The notes under the pieces are model-generated. The model ran no database searches and was not told the DNA's origin. It worked only from the letters and a program-made list of their open reading frames with translations. A DNA stretch of 64,000 nt. Source: a virus (taxonomy: Duplodnaviria > Heunggongvirae > Uroviricota > Caudoviricetes). Of the stretch, positions 62,440-64,000 are shown piece by piece (position 1 is the stretch's first letter; every line of letters starts with the position of its first letter). Position numbers and translations under genes: made by a program. The stretch lies in the IMG/VR virus record IMGVR_UViG_3300044796_000394; one strand, given 5' to 3'.

Positions 62440-64000
62440 ATGTCATTAAAAGGTTTTCCGCCTTCCAACCTAATCAGTCCGAGCGTACGGATTTCTGAAG
62501 TCGATTTGAGCTTCCTACCGGCAGTTCAGACGGGGCACCGGGCGGGATTAGTTGGTTTTGCGAGCAAAGGGCCAATTAACAACCCGACTTTGGTAAGTTC
62601 TGTGAATGAACTTCATACCATCTTCGGACATCCGCATCCAGACGTAGGCGATCCCTACCTGATTTATGCGGCAGAGCAGTACTTGCAATTCGGCAGTGAG
62701 TTATTCATTGTTCGTGTTGGTAGCATTGACCCTGTTGATAGCGAAGCGGCGTTGGTTGCCTCTGTAGATATTCCTACGGCTGGTGGCCCGGTTCAAATTT
62801 TGTCGAATGTTGCCGGTCCTTATACCTTCCCCGACGATGCGTTTTTCCGTTGGAAGTTAAATGGAATTCTGGCTTCTAAGACTTTGGTTGTGTTGGCGGG
62901 AACATTCTCAGTCACCGACCTTGTTAACAATCTTAACGCCCAATTGACTCCCGCTATTGACGGTATTGAGTTCTTTTGGACGAACCCTGACTCTGTGACG
63001 GGTGCTGCTCAATCCACAAGTAAAATTGCGGTCGAGTCAGTATTCAGCTATGGTGTTAACTCTTCCATTGAATTCGTATCCGTTCAATCTTCATTGTATG
63101 GCCCTCAATGGGACAACGGTGGATTATCTTGGGTAGCTCCTATCTCTGGTCTCGGCCAAGGTATGACTGACGCCAACCAAACAGGTACTATTGGTCGTTA
63201 TCCTAACAACTCATCGCAAACTCTTGGAAATTACGATTTCACTGGATTGTCTGGACTTAACCTCCAAATCGTAATTGACGGTACTGATAATATCTTGATC
63301 GATAATATCGTTCAAGTGGTTGATATTGATGAAAGTGCCCAAACCACTCAAGACGTTGTAGATTTTATCAACAACCAAATTGATGTTGGTGATATTCCCG
63401 GTGGGTTCGTGGCTGTTGTTTCTAGCAACTTCCTCAAACTTCAAACCTTACATACTGGTGCAGGTGCGAGACTGTTGGTGAAAACCTCTAGCACCGCTGA
63501 TGCTTTGTTCGGTTTGGACAATGACACCCACACTGGTACAAGTCCAGCAGGAGTTTCAGGTACTTCAAACTACACTGCCGGTAGAGTAACCGGTTCGGTT
63601 AATAGTGGTGGTACGGTTTGTTTCAGCTTGAGTGCTGACTCCGCTGGTATTGATGGAAATCAAACGCAAGTTAAGATTACGAACAACATTGTTGATGGTA
63701 ATTTCACGCTCGAAGTTTATTCTTATGGAAGCCAAGTTGAACAATTTGGTCTCTTGAGCAAGGATGAAACCAACACTTACTTTGTTGAATCTTATCTGTC
63801 GCTGGTTTCAAATTACGTTCGTGTTGCCAACAATGACAATACTTTGGCGTTGCCTGCGAATGGCATCTATCAATTGGCCGGTGGTAGCGATGGTATTCCT
63901 GCCGATCCTGATAGCCAAGACATTCTGTTGATTGGTAGTGCCACCTCAATGACCGGACTTCAAGCGTTGTCCGATCCAGAGCAAGTTGACATTGACCTCG
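62440..64000 (+). CDS. gp18: tail sheath protein, T4 gp18-like (3' truncated by window)
   Basis: Not in ORF track; translated from ATG 62440: ISPSVRISEVDLS...AGLVGFASKGPINNPTLV...ELHTIFG.P...YLQFGSELFIVRV; GGGAG SD. Confidence 0.92.
   Translation, partial: MSLKGFPPSNLISPSVRISEVDLSFLPAVQTGHRAGLVGFASKGPINNPTLVSSVNELHTIFGHPHPDVGDPYLIYAAEQYLQFGSELFIVRVGSIDPVDSEAALVASVDIPTAGGPVQILSNVAGPYTFPDDAFFRWKLNGILASKTLVVLAGTFSVTDLVNNLNAQLTPAIDGIEFFWTNPDSVTGAAQSTSKIAVESVFSYGVNSSIEFVSVQSSLYGPQWDNGGLSWVAPISGLGQGMTDANQTGTIGRYPNNSSQTLGNYDFTGLSGLNLQIVIDGTDNILIDNIVQVVDIDESAQTTQDVVDFINNQIDVGDIPGGFVAVVSSNFLKLQTLHTGAGARLLVKTSSTADALFGLDNDTHTGTSPAGVSGTSNYTAGRVTGSVNSGGTVCFSLSADSAGIDGNQTQVKITNNIVDGNFTLEVYSYGSQVEQFGLLSKDETNTYFVESYLSLVSNYVRVANNDNTLALPANGIYQLAGGSDGIPADPDSQDILLIGSATSMTGLQALSDPEQVDIDL

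Noticed and set aside
63211-63949. Minus-strand ORFs 63211..63444 and 63704..63949
   Set aside because: They lie antisense within the tail sheath gene that starts at 62440.
1-64000. CRISPR array, rRNA, IS element or reverse transcriptase
   Set aside because: No regularly spaced repeat-spacer units, rRNA-like tract, transposase or RT motifs were seen by eye.

Overview
This window is 64 kb of a large T4-like (myovirus-type) phage genome, most likely a jumbo phage. Several Planctomycete-style accessory proteins suggest a Planctomycetota host (inference). Bases 1-14 kb hold host-like metabolic and translation genes (glutamate dehydrogenase, type-2 IleRS, RtcB, glutamine-dependent NadE) followed by a CCA-less tRNA array. 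Bases 16-30 kb hold accessory and virion-cargo genes, an MBL-Rieske protein and two low-complexity fibre-like proteins. Bases 30-64 kb hold a scrambled morphogenesis module: gp23 capsid, gp22 scaffold, gp21 protease, intein-containing gp20 portal, gp13, gp14, gp15 and a partial gp18 sheath. It is interleaved with three orphan DNA methyltransferases, an HNH endonuclease, pyrF, a glycosyltransferase and an intradiol dioxygenase. Three things stand out. (1) Non-canonical tRNA-like RNAs: a Ser-body tRNA with a Phe (GAA) anticodon and a 43-nt variable arm; a D-arm-less Arg(UCU) tRNA whose D-loop-like sequence lies 3' of the anticodon arm; a ~130-nt RNA with tRNA ends and four internal hairpins; two C33 tRNAs; and Ile(UAU) alongside a phage IleRS. 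(2) About 17 otherwise unrelated ORFs share an F-x-x-(W/F/Y)-hydrophobic...E leader resembling the T4 capsid-targeting sequence. (3) A TANATA motif sits 4-7 nt before many late start codons, implying leaderless late mRNAs. All calls come from reading motifs by eye; no database searches or folding programs were run.
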